DNA of 64,000 nt, from positions 96,001 through 160,000 of the forward strand of contig JBGUGD010000035.1 of assembly GCA_041697335.1 (NCBI GenBank), in the 5' to 3' direction. Every line of letters begins with the position of its first letter. Position 1 is the first letter of the stretch. This DNA comes from Vampirovibrionaceae bacterium NZW_1234. Lineage in GTDB: Bacteria; Cyanobacteriota; Vampirovibrionia; Vampirovibrionales; JAGQHJ01. The notes beneath the pieces are model-generated. The model made no database searches and had not been told where the DNA came from. It worked only from the letters and a program-made list of their open reading frames with translations. Both the position numbers and the translations under genes were made by a program. Shown in pieces: positions 1 through 8,758 of this stretch.

Positions 1-71
1 AACATGTTATCCAAATACGGCTAACCATCGTTGCCTTATCGAACCGGGTATATATTTTTCGAAACAAAGGC

Positions 72-114
72 TTTAAACCCCCTGACTCCCATCGACGGAG
101 CAGGGGGTTTTAAA
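72..114 (-). terminator. Likely intrinsic terminator downstream of tmk
   Basis: Inverted repeat AAACCCCCTG (75-84) / CAGGGGGTTT (101-110), flanked by A/T runs, just after the tmk stop. Confidence 0.65.
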
Positions 115-136
115 TGGCACTACTTTCGCGCTTGGC

Positions 137-763
137 TCAGACCGATAGCTGCCGCTGGGCAAGGCGGCTGAGAATCACATCCAGGATCTGGGGGGCAATG
201 TCAGCCAGGGGTTGGGAGGCGTCCACCACCACGATACGATCCGGGTTGGCCTGAGCCAGCGTAAGATACTGCTGGCGAACGGCTTCGTAAAAGGTCACGG
301 TCTCCTGCTCCAGGCGATCCGCATCGCTTCGGGACTTGGCTCGGGATAAGAGCAAGGGCACCGGGGCATCGAGCAGGAAGGTCAACTCCGGCACCATGCC
401 CTGAATGGCAAAGGCGTTCATCCGGTGGATTTCCTCGATGGGTAAGCCTCGCCCGCCGCCTTGATAGGCCACCGTCGAGTCAATGTAGCGATCACAGAGC
501 ACCACTTGACCCTGGGCCAAGGCTGGGCGAATGCGCTCGTCCACATGCTGGGCCCGATCGGCCAGATACAGGAAAAGCTCACAGCGATCCGACACAAAAT
601 CCGGGTGATGCAGCAGGATCTGGCGCAGCTGGGATCCCAGGGCCGTCCCCCCGGGGTCTCGGGTAATCACCACGTCATAACCCTGCTGGGTTAAGCGCTC
701 GGCAACGGCCGCCAACTGGGTGGACTTGCCAGAGCCGTCAATGCCTTCAAAGGTAATAAACAT
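137..763 (-). CDS. tmk: Thymidylate (dTMP) kinase
   Basis: FITFEGIDGSGKST P-loop, VLCDRYIDSTVAYQG motif, 208 aa. Confidence 0.97.
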   Translation of the reverse strand: MFITFEGIDGSGKSTQLAAVAERLTQQGYDVVITRDPGGTALGSQLRQILLHHPDFVSDRCELFLYLADRAQHVDERIRPALAQGQVVLCDRYIDSTVAYQGGGRGLPIEEIHRMNAFAIQGMVPELTFLLDAPVPLLLSRAKSRSDADRLEQETVTFYEAVRQQYLTLAQANPDRIVVVDASQPLADIAPQILDVILSRLAQRQLSV

Positions 764-804
764 CGGGGTTGCAGACCCTTTCCTCTTCGCTCGTACACGC
801 CTGT

Positions 805-2472
805 CTACGAGGATAGCGTATCCGGGTCCAAATTGCTATGCCCCTTGGACTGGGCCGGAGGCACCAGCTTCAAGCGGCGGTTGGGCTCATCGCCCACACT
901 AAAGCTAAGCAGGTTGTGCTTTTCCACCAGCTCATGCTGGAGGCGGCGGATGTAGGAGCGCCGGGGCGAGAGCTCCACGGAGCGGTCATCGTTAATCACA
1001 ACCTCGATGGCTTCTCGGGCTTCCTGCAAGGCCATTTCCGTTTCATCCTGGGTGGGGATGTCCACCATGTGATCCATGAAGGAGCCGGCATTGGAGTTCA
1101 AGGCTTCCCGGATGGCCCGCTGGATTTGCGGCATGGTGTTGGTTTTGGCAAAGAAGATGGGAATTTCGTAGTCTTCGGCAATGCGCATCATCTTAGAGCC
1201 CGGACGACAACTGCTTCTGAGGGCAATAATGGCGTCCGCATCGGTCACCTGACGGGTAATGCCCACGTCATGCAGCTCGAGACGCTCGAGGATGCGATCG
1301 GCAAAGATCTTGCTGATGCCATAGATGTAGATGCTGAAGCGTTGATCGGTGCTGCGCTTCTGATCCACAAACTCGGCCTGGAACTCTTCCTGGCTGATGG
1401 TCAGCGGCATCGGCTCCACGTCGGATTGCAGGACCTTGATGGCCCCGGTTTCGTAGTCGATCTTCCGGATTTCCGGGAAGATGGTCCAGCCCCGCAGGAT
1501 GTGATCGACGGCTTCGGCCACATCCGGGTAAATGGCCAGGGTGTTCTGGTCCCGGATCTCGATGCAGATGTCGAAGGTCGGGCGTTTCTCCCGTTCCAGA
1601 ACGGTCTTCTGAGTCGAGCGGCGCTTGGCCTCTTCGTCCCCCAGGGTCACGGTCTGAATGCCCCCGACCAGATCGGACAGGGTGGGGTTCTTGATGATGT
1701 TTTCCAGGGAGTTCCCGTGGGCGGTAGCAATCAGGATGACGCCCCGCTCGGCAATGGTACGGGCCGCAAGGGCTTCTTCCTCGGTGCCGATTTCGTCCAC
1801 GACGATGACCTCGGGGGTATGGTTCTGGACCGCCTCGATCATCACTTCCTTCTGGCGGTCATGGGAGCTGACCTGCATGCGGCGGGCCCGGCCCACGCCC
1901 GGGTGGGGGATATCCCCATCCCCAGCAATCTCGTTGGAGGTATCGACCACCACAACACGCTTACGGGCCTTGTCGGCCATCAGCTTGGCCACTTCCCGGA
2001 GCTTGGTGGTTTTCCCGACGCCGGGGCGTCCCAGCAGAAGCACACTTTTGCCTGAGTCAAACAGATCCTGAATGGCATCGATGGTACCCGTGACAAAGCG
2101 CCCGACCCGGCAGGTCAGGCCCACGATTTCGCCCTGACGATTGCGGATGGCACTGACCCGGTGCAGAGTCCGGGGGATCCCGGCCCGGTTGTCGGTGGAG
2201 AAGAAGCCCACGCGTTTGACCACGTGGTTAATCTCGTCCAGGGTGACCTGTTGCTGGCCTAACTCTTCGATATTCCCGGCCATAAAGCGGGCTTCGGGAA
2301 TGCGGCCCAGGTCCATGACGATTTCCACCAGGTGGGCCAGATTATGGGTTTTCAAGGCTTTTTGGAGACGGTCCGGCAACACATCAATCAGCAGTTGCAG
2401 GTCGGTTTCAACGGATGGTGTCTGATGAATCGGAAAGCTTTCGGACATCGGATACACAAACTCGGCTGACAC
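805..2472 (-). CDS. Ycf45/SpoIIIAA-like AAA ATPase with C-terminal R3H domain
   Basis: EIVMDLGRIPEAR, RAGIPRTLHRVSAIRNR, Walker A GRPGVGKTT, VIVVDEIG, C-terminal RRLQH R3H motif. Start is uncertain: GTG 2472 has an RBS, but the ORF is open to 2568. Confidence 0.9.
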   Translation of the reverse strand: MSAEFVYPMSESFPIHQTPSVETDLQLLIDVLPDRLQKALKTHNLAHLVEIVMDLGRIPEARFMAGNIEELGQQQVTLDEINHVVKRVGFFSTDNRAGIPRTLHRVSAIRNRQGEIVGLTCRVGRFVTGTIDAIQDLFDSGKSVLLLGRPGVGKTTKLREVAKLMADKARKRVVVVDTSNEIAGDGDIPHPGVGRARRMQVSSHDRQKEVMIEAVQNHTPEVIVVDEIGTEEEALAARTIAERGVILIATAHGNSLENIIKNPTLSDLVGGIQTVTLGDEEAKRRSTQKTVLEREKRPTFDICIEIRDQNTLAIYPDVAEAVDHILRGWTIFPEIRKIDYETGAIKVLQSDVEPMPLTISQEEFQAEFVDQKRSTDQRFSIYIYGISKIFADRILERLELHDVGITRQVTDADAIIALRSSCRPGSKMMRIAEDYEIPIFFAKTNTMPQIQRAIREALNSNAGSFMDHMVDIPTQDETEMALQEAREAIEVVINDDRSVELSPRRSYIRRLQHELVEKHNLLSFSVGDEPNRRLKLVPPAQSKGHSNLDPDTLSS

Positions 2473-2631
2473 GTACTTGGGGTCCCTCCCTCTATTAACT
2501 CTATCCTCTTGGCTACCCTCTTGTTTTTTTGAGTCTTCCGGCAGGCCATCCGGATGGTGATGATACACGGTCCCAGTGACCGTCGGATGGCGGATTTTGG
2601 ATAAAACCAGAACGGTGGCCCGGAATGATAC

Positions 2632-3600
2632 CTATATTATAGCGGATGTCTGGGGAGTCTGAAAGTAGCGAACCAAGCGATCGGCCTCTTGAGCGGCTTT
2701 CACGGGATCCGACAGACTTTCCCAAACCTGCTGGCGGGCGTAGGTTCCCATTCCTACTCCATGAATCGGCGCATATTCCGGGAACTTTAGGAACTGGGCC
2801 GTTTGGGCATTGATGCCCCCGGAAACGGTGAGGTACATGCCCTGGGGTAAATCCGGGGCCAGGGCGCGAGCCGCCTCCAAGGCCGGGCGCGAGGCCTCGG
2901 GATCAGCGGACCCGGACATGGGAAGACCATCCACCTGCACAATCACCGGATAGGGGCTTCGGTCCTGAAACGCCTGGAGGAAGGCCAGTACCTGGGACCG
3001 GGGCAATTCCTGGGGGCGCAGGCAAATGGAGAGCGCCTTATCGACCAGAAACGGCCCCAAGGTCTCATACAAGCCCTCCACCATCACCGGGTCAGCAAAG
3101 CTGGTGTGAATTTCCACCATGGTGACCTCGGGCTTGGCCAAGACCGCTGCCAGATCAGGGTAAACTGAAAACGGCTCCAGAAGCAACGCCTCGGTGGGGC
3201 AGACAGGGACACAGCGCCCGCAGCCATAGCAGGCCGGTCCCGTGACCTCAAGCGTATGATTCAGGGTAAACACCTGGGTGGGGCAGATGGGGACACAGGC
3301 GCCGCAGAGAATGCAGTCGGATTCCACCAGTTGGATCTTTCGAAAATGCGGATCACTGTCCAGCGGGAAGCTCACCATCAGCGCAGGCGGTTGAGCCTGG
3401 GAAGCCAGGGCCTGGATCACGGTGTTGACCACCGGCAGGGAAGCCGAGACATCGATGACCGGAATCCCGGTTTGGGCATAGCATTGCACGAGGGGTTCCA
3501 GGCGGGTGGTATCACTGAAGCTGCCCCCGCAGATGAGTTTAAAAAACTGACGGGCCTCTAAGGCCTCATAAACGGCGCTCAGGGCCGGTGTCTGCTTCAC
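2632..3600 (-). CDS. ldpA: LdpA-like 4Fe-4S protein (circadian input-associated in cyanobacteria)
   Basis: FKLICGGSF, DPHFRK, two CxxCxxCxxxCP clusters, EIHT, QVDGLPMSG; upstream of the Ycf45-like gene. GTG 3600 chosen as start. Confidence 0.85.
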   Translation of the reverse strand: MKQTPALSAVYEALEARQFFKLICGGSFSDTTRLEPLVQCYAQTGIPVIDVSASLPVVNTVIQALASQAQPPALMVSFPLDSDPHFRKIQLVESDCILCGACVPICPTQVFTLNHTLEVTGPACYGCGRCVPVCPTEALLLEPFSVYPDLAAVLAKPEVTMVEIHTSFADPVMVEGLYETLGPFLVDKALSICLRPQELPRSQVLAFLQAFQDRSPYPVIVQVDGLPMSGSADPEASRPALEAARALAPDLPQGMYLTVSGGINAQTAQFLKFPEYAPIHGVGMGTYARQQVWESLSDPVKAAQEADRLVRYFQTPQTSAII

Positions 3601-4990
3601 GCGTCTGTACCACAGCCACTTCCTGCTGGTGTTGCAGGGACGTGACCCCTTCAATCACAATTTGCTCGCCGGGATTCAAGCCCGACTTGATTTCCATCTG
3701 GGCCTTGGATTCATCCCCGGTCATCACCGGGCGCTCCATAACACAGGTACGTCCATGTTCTCGATTCACCACGTAAACCACCTGACGCCCCTGGCGAACC
3801 TGGATGGCCTCTTTGGGGATCCACACATATCCCAGGCCGGGCACCTCAAAATCCAGGGAGACGAACTGATCGGTTTTCAGGCGACGGACGGACCCTTCAA
3901 TGACCTCCACGGTGACACTGCCTTCCAGATGGTCCACCTCGTCGTCCGCAGCCTCACCCGTTGTTTCCGGATCCGCTCCACCGGCGTTAGCCACTGACGG
4001 CATAGCGTTGGCCCCAGGCTTGGCCTGAGGTTTGGCAGAATCATCGCCAGGGACCATTAATCGGGCAGGACCTTGGGTGGCCGCTTCCGTTCTCCGAAGG
4101 GCCTCTTCCCAGCCTTCAGGCATCTCCTTGGCCACCACTTCACCTTCAAAGCGGCTCCAGCGACCCATGTCATCCTGGGCTCGGACCCGCACCTTCTGGT
4201 TGGGTTTGATGTTCCTGAGGAGTTCGATGGGCATTTTGGCAGTGACAATGGGATGTTCCGAGGTGAGCACCGTCCCCACGGACTCCAGGGGAGTAATAAC
4301 CGTGTTGGGTGCAACCGTAAACTGAGTGAGCTTGCCGCTTCGGGGCATCCTCACCACATGGGCCTCAATGCGCTCCTGCAAGGCTTTCATCTTGGCCGAT
4401 ACCTGATCGGACCGACGTTTCACCCGACCCAAGGGGGAATTATCGTACTTGGCCGCATGATCGGCGGCATTCTTGCCTTGGGCCGCGTCGGTATCTTCCA
4501 CCGTGATTTCCGTCTCGGCTGTGTCTGGCGGGCGATCGGCAGTGGGCACCAATTCATCCAGATCGTCTTCGGACATGGGCGCCCAATCCGTAGGAGCATC
4601 GCCCACGGAGGCCTGTTGCAGCTGGGTATGCAAGAGTGCCAGCTCGGTCTGGAGCTTGGCATATTGCTGACGAGAGGCCGTGTCATCGAGTTTAAACAAG
4701 GGCTGGCCTTTACGAAGCATTTGCCCCGGCCGCGCCATCACCTCCGTGACCCGGCCGCCCACTTCCGGGAGGATCTCGCTTTGGGAGGACTGCTCAACCA
4801 CCCCTTCCACTTCCACCCACGTGGTTTTGGCCGCATCCGGCACGGGCATCGCAGTGACACGGGCCAAACCGCTAGGCAAGGTCAGGCCTCGGCCCTGGTC
4901 GTTGCCGAAAAACATCCAGACTCCCACGGCCAAGCCCAGGCCAAGAACGGCAGAGACAATACCCACAATGAGGCCAAGCTTGCGATTCAT
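3566..4990 (-). CDS. RND/ABC efflux periplasmic adaptor (membrane fusion protein)
   Basis: N-terminal TM; lipoyl-like PEVGGRVTEVMARPGQMLRKGQPLFKLD; C-terminal IPKEAI...V.TG...EIKSGLNPGEQIVIEG. Confidence 0.85.
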   Translation of the reverse strand: MNRKLGLIVGIVSAVLGLGLAVGVWMFFGNDQGRGLTLPSGLARVTAMPVPDAAKTTWVEVEGVVEQSSQSEILPEVGGRVTEVMARPGQMLRKGQPLFKLDDTASRQQYAKLQTELALLHTQLQQASVGDAPTDWAPMSEDDLDELVPTADRPPDTAETEITVEDTDAAQGKNAADHAAKYDNSPLGRVKRRSDQVSAKMKALQERIEAHVVRMPRSGKLTQFTVAPNTVITPLESVGTVLTSEHPIVTAKMPIELLRNIKPNQKVRVRAQDDMGRWSRFEGEVVAKEMPEGWEEALRRTEAATQGPARLMVPGDDSAKPQAKPGANAMPSVANAGGADPETTGEAADDEVDHLEGSVTVEVIEGSVRRLKTDQFVSLDFEVPGLGYVWIPKEAIQVRQGRQVVYVVNREHGRTCVMERPVMTGDESKAQMEIKSGLNPGEQIVIEGVTSLQHQQEVAVVQTREADTGPERRL

Positions 4991-5082
4991 CTTTCGGGTT
5001 CGACTCCAAGGTTACTCTTGCTGTCAGCCCACATGGGCTGAGGACACATCCGGGGGCGCGTGACCAAGCGGTCGCCGCTTTT

Positions 5083-5088
5083 ATTATA
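5083..5088 (-). promoter_or_regulatory. Putative -10 box (TATAAT) for the adaptor-ldpA operon
   Basis: ATTATA on + strand, ~93 bp upstream of the start at 4990. Confidence 0.45.
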
Positions 5089-5143
5089 CCCGAGTTCCAC
5101 CGCCATCGAGCCGGTTGGGGCAAAGATCCCCCAAGCAAGGGAC

Positions 5144-5398
5144 CGCGTCCGCAGGCGACCCCAGACGCGTGTTTGGACGCGTGAATCGCGCGTGATTCGC
5201 GCGTGTTTTGGGCCAATCACGCGCGTGATCACGGCGTTTTTTCGCGTGATTGGGCGTGAACACGCGTGTTTTTCCCCGCAGGGCGTTTCAAGCAAAATAG
5301 CCTCAGGACAAGGGTTTTCAGGATAATCACCTGGGGTTGAACGGTGGATTTTGTGAAAAAGGGCGATTTTCACGCGTTTTTCCGCTAATTTCCGCGTG
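5144..5398. repeat. Phased array of CGCGTG / GGCGT(G/T) motifs (~10-12 bp period)
   Basis: Motif starts at 5166, 5178, 5189, 5200, 5222, 5233, 5243, 5253, 5263; outliers at 5144, 5282, 5373, 5393; embedded palindromes. Confidence 0.8.
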
Positions 5399-5422
5399 GC
5401 CCCCAACACCGGACACAAGACC

Positions 5423-5464
5423 AAAAAGCCTCTTTTCCCCATTGCTTTGGGAAAAAGAAGGCTT
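5423..5464 (-). terminator. Putative intrinsic terminator downstream of the mannosyltransferase
   Basis: Imperfect stem AAGCCTCTTTTCCC / GGGAAAAAGAAGGCTT, followed by a T-run on the minus strand. Confidence 0.55.
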
Positions 5465-5700
5465 GGAAAATCAACGTGTCGTCGGTGCATCATTGAGGTT
5501 GGATCCAATGTCAGTATGTATATAATTATTATATACCAATCTGGGTTTTATGCCGGATTCTTCAGGATTTTTTAAGATTTTATTGACCAATAACTTATGA
5601 GACAAGGTTTTTCAGCATTCTTATCACCTCAAACCCTTTTATGGATGGTCAAAACAGAGTCACTTTCAGTACAGTACTTTTCAGGACTGGATTAATGATT

Positions 5701-7101
5701 TTAAAACAGGAAAAGCCAGCCCTTGGCAGCGTATAAGCTGGTGTAGGCGAGCGTCATCAAGCTCAAGAGAACCAACACACAGGGCAGAAGCCACCGGGAC
5801 AAAACATGGGCTTGGGCCAGGAGCAAGCCCCAGCTCCAGAAAACCGGGAAAACCGCCAATAAATATCGGTGCATGCTCATATAATTGCCCCCGGTCATTA
5901 AGGACCCCAAGCTCAGCACGGTGTAGGTGCGATACACCGGTGGCAGCAAGCCGATAGTCAGCCCCACGCCGGTAACTGCAAGCCACAGCCCTACATAACC
6001 CGGCCCATTAAAGTAGTGGCCCCAATCCAAGAGCATCCAATTGCCCAAAAGGACGATAATGGCCATGGCCCCCAACATCAGGCGGCGGCGCAAGGGGGGT
6101 AGGGGGTCCCAGGCCCAGGCTTTCAACGTCTGAAACCTCCAGCCGATCACTACCATGGCGAAAAACCAGGCCATCCAACCCACCAGTACCAGCCCCTGGG
6201 CATGGCCCCGGTAATGGCTGTGGAGTCGAAAATACAAGCCGGGTTCCCCGAAACGCCAGCCCAAATACAGGGGAAAGGCCAGCACGCTCAGCAGCATCAA
6301 CCCGATACAGCCCCATTGAAATGCCGTCCAACGCCGATACCCCAGGGTTTGAAGAGCCCCTATCAGGATCCCCACACCGTTAAAGCGGGTTAAACTGGCC
6401 GGCCATGACAAAAGGGCCGCCCACCCGGTGCGCTTGCCTTCCAAGGCCAGGAAGCCCACCACAATACAGGCCAAAAACAAGGACTCCGATAAAAACATGG
6501 AGCAAAACAGGCTGGCCGGGCACAACGCCAAAAGCCAAACACTGAGGGTGGCAACCCGAGGCTCATGATGGCGTCGAATCAACACGTAAAGAGCGGCTAA
6601 GGCCACCCAAAACAACAGGTTCGAGGCCACTGTTCCCGCCCAGACAATGGCTTCGGTAGGGGTCAGGCCCAAATCCAAGGGCATCACCACCCACTCACCC
6701 AGGACACGGCTTAAGAACGAAAACCCCGGGTAATGGGCCACGCTTTGATGCATGGTGGTGCCGTCGTACTGATAGCCGTTCTGCGCCAGATCCAGGTACC
6801 AGTAGCCGTCCCAATACTGCACGATATCCCACAGTGCCTGCCGCCCGGATTCGTAGAAAAAGGGGTGAATGGCAAAGACCCGACCGGCCAACTCCGGTGG
6901 GGAAAACAGGAGCTGATACAGGCCCTGCACAAAATGGACCCATCCCGGCAGACCCGACAACCAGATGCCCAAGGCCACCACGGCACGTGAGACCCAAAAG
7001 GCCAGGGTCGCATGCACCCAGGCCTGAGGCCATGCGGAGGCCTTGGAAGCAGCCACACCTTGCAAATGCGATGATGGTGCGAGAGAAACCGTTGCGGCCA
7101 T
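5701..7101 (-). CDS. GT-C fold membrane mannosyltransferase (PIG-V / Mannosyl_trans2-like)
   Basis: WDGYWYLDLAQNGY, AHYPGF, PASLFCSMFLSESLF, LTRFNG, SMHRYLL; multi-TM. ATG 7101 is coupled to the upstream stop. Confidence 0.85.
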   Translation of the reverse strand: MAATVSLAPSSHLQGVAASKASAWPQAWVHATLAFWVSRAVVALGIWLSGLPGWVHFVQGLYQLLFSPPELAGRVFAIHPFFYESGRQALWDIVQYWDGYWYLDLAQNGYQYDGTTMHQSVAHYPGFSFLSRVLGEWVVMPLDLGLTPTEAIVWAGTVASNLLFWVALAALYVLIRRHHEPRVATLSVWLLALCPASLFCSMFLSESLFLACIVVGFLALEGKRTGWAALLSWPASLTRFNGVGILIGALQTLGYRRWTAFQWGCIGLMLLSVLAFPLYLGWRFGEPGLYFRLHSHYRGHAQGLVLVGWMAWFFAMVVIGWRFQTLKAWAWDPLPPLRRRLMLGAMAIIVLLGNWMLLDWGHYFNGPGYVGLWLAVTGVGLTIGLLPPVYRTYTVLSLGSLMTGGNYMSMHRYLLAVFPVFWSWGLLLAQAHVLSRWLLPCVLVLLSLMTLAYTSLYAAKGWLFLF

Positions 7102-7102
7102 A

Positions 7103-7891
7103 TTACGGAGCGCTCCCTCCTCGGGCAATGGCCTCACCGGCACAGGGAGTGGCAAACAAACGCTGTAAAACCGGGGATTCACCCCACCGACGGGGAGCAC
7201 CCAAGCTATCGGCGTGAGACAACACCTGCCCCATCAATGCCAACGCAGGGTTTAGCGACGCGTCTGCCTCTTTCATGGCCAACAGCGGCTGTGACGTGGG
7301 ATGGGCTTTGGGCTCAAAAGACAGGACCACCAGGCGAGATCGGCCCTCTGGGGTTTTCGCCGGGAAATCCAACACCGTGAATATGGAATTCACCACCGTT
7401 CGATGGCGATGGGTCAAGACCTGATAGACCGGATAGCGCCCATAGGGGGTCGCCACACACACCTGGCGGGTAACCTGGGTGTGCCGGGCAAGGGCGCCAG
7501 GCTCCATGGCACGGGAAGAAAAAGGATTCAGGCTTTCGGCCAGCCAGGTGGGCACACCGCGATGGGTATTGAGAAAGGCAAGCATCCGGGCCCGGTCGGC
7601 AGGTTGTTGAATAATTTCCCGATACAACAAGCGCATGTCACGCCGCGGCATGGAAAACCACACCACACGCTGAAGCCCCAGGGCATCACCCATGGGGCCC
7701 ATACGGGCCAACAGGCGCATGCGCCCAAACTGGTCTTTCAAAAACGACGGCATCAGGAAGGTTTTGGATGCGCCAGGCGGATGATGCGGATGAACCCGAT
7801 GCGTGTGGGACACCCCGACACACCCGGCCAGAAGAATGCCCATCAGGATCATCAACACCCCATGTCGCCACATCCCCATCGGCCGAAGCAT
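7103..7891 (-). CDS. Hypothetical lipoprotein
   Basis: Lipobox LLAG-C after a hydrophobic stretch; abuts both neighbours. Confidence 0.65.
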   Translation of the reverse strand: MLRPMGMWRHGVLMILMGILLAGCVGVSHTHRVHPHHPPGASKTFLMPSFLKDQFGRMRLLARMGPMGDALGLQRVVWFSMPRRDMRLLYREIIQQPADRARMLAFLNTHRGVPTWLAESLNPFSSRAMEPGALARHTQVTRQVCVATPYGRYPVYQVLTHRHRTVVNSIFTVLDFPAKTPEGRSRLVVLSFEPKAHPTSQPLLAMKEADASLNPALALMGQVLSHADSLGAPRRWGESPVLQRLFATPCAGEAIARGGSAP

Positions 7892-7893
7892 CC

Positions 7894-8553
7894 TTAGGAA
7901 ACCTGCTTTGCGTCAATGGCCGTGCGCAACGTAGTGGAGAAACGGGCCATCAGGTGTTTGAACAAACTGCCCTCGGAAAAAAAGCGCCGAAGCTTAAATA
8001 AACTGCGGTAAGCCGGATGAGCGCCCCAGAGTTCCTGGGCCCGCTTTTCGACCAAGGTCACAAACCCCCATGCGGCCGAAGCCTGGGGACTCATGGCCGG
8101 GAAGCCGACTTTTTGAGATTGAGGTTTGGCGGTTTTTCGTCCTCGCGTGGCTGAAGCCTGGGCCTCGGTTGCCTGATCCCGAACGGGATCGAAAACATCA
8201 AACAAGCCCGATACAGGGCCTTGGCGCCCCTCATGAGGAATGCGAAACACATCCAGTTTGTCCGACTCTCCCGGGCGCTTGGTTTTGGACAGGCGAATGG
8301 GGGTCATGCCCTGAATGAAGCGATCGCTCGCGGGAAGAAAGACCTTGAGAAAATCCGGATCCGACACGGCAGCATCCACGTAGGCATGAGCCAGAGTCAG
8401 ATGGGTAGGATTGGTTCGGGTGGCCTCATGGGTGCCGTCATCCATCATGGATGCCCCGGCCGCCCGGTAATGCATGGCCCCTTTGACCAAGTTTTCATAA
8501 AGACGGGGAAGGCTTCCAAATCGAATCGATACCATGTCGGGGGCTATCTCCAT
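7894..8553 (-). CDS. Hypothetical protein (N-terminal IRFG motif)
   Basis: 219-aa ORF filling the space in tandem with the lipoprotein gene; no recognised domain. Confidence 0.6.
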   Translation of the reverse strand: MEIAPDMVSIRFGSLPRLYENLVKGAMHYRAAGASMMDDGTHEATRTNPTHLTLAHAYVDAAVSDPDFLKVFLPASDRFIQGMTPIRLSKTKRPGESDKLDVFRIPHEGRQGPVSGLFDVFDPVRDQATEAQASATRGRKTAKPQSQKVGFPAMSPQASAAWGFVTLVEKRAQELWGAHPAYRSLFKLRRFFSEGSLFKHLMARFSTTLRTAIDAKQVS

Positions 8554-8758
8554 CGTTCTCGGGCGGTGTTCCCATGGGGGGGTCCAAAGGGGAAAGATTA
8601 CTCGATATCATGGCGCAAAAAAACAGGTCACTCAAGTAACATGGCGGCTTTGAAACAATTGGGGATTTTGTGGATTCAACCGGGAACTAGCAACAAATGA
8701 TCTTGAGGGGATTTATACCCGTATAATCGTACCATCAGCCACGAGAGAATTTTAGCCT

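Noticed and set aside
838..2055. Long antisense ORFs (e.g. 838-2055, 4073-5041, 22985-23782)
   Set aside because: These are shadow frames of real genes in GC-rich coding DNA, with no motifs or RBS support.
5144..5290. CRISPR array interpretation of the repeats
   Set aside because: The period is ~11 bp with no 25-40 bp repeats or unique spacers, and there are no cas genes.
4987..5508. 173-aa minus-strand ORF (and overlapping 88/114-aa ORFs) across the CGCG array
   Set aside because: The Arg-rich, repetitive translation simply reflects the DNA repeat. It spans a terminator and a promoter and shows no domain signature.
8320..8327. HIP1 octamer GCGATCGC
   Set aside because: I noticed only an isolated occurrence, with no enrichment like that in oxygenic cyanobacteria.
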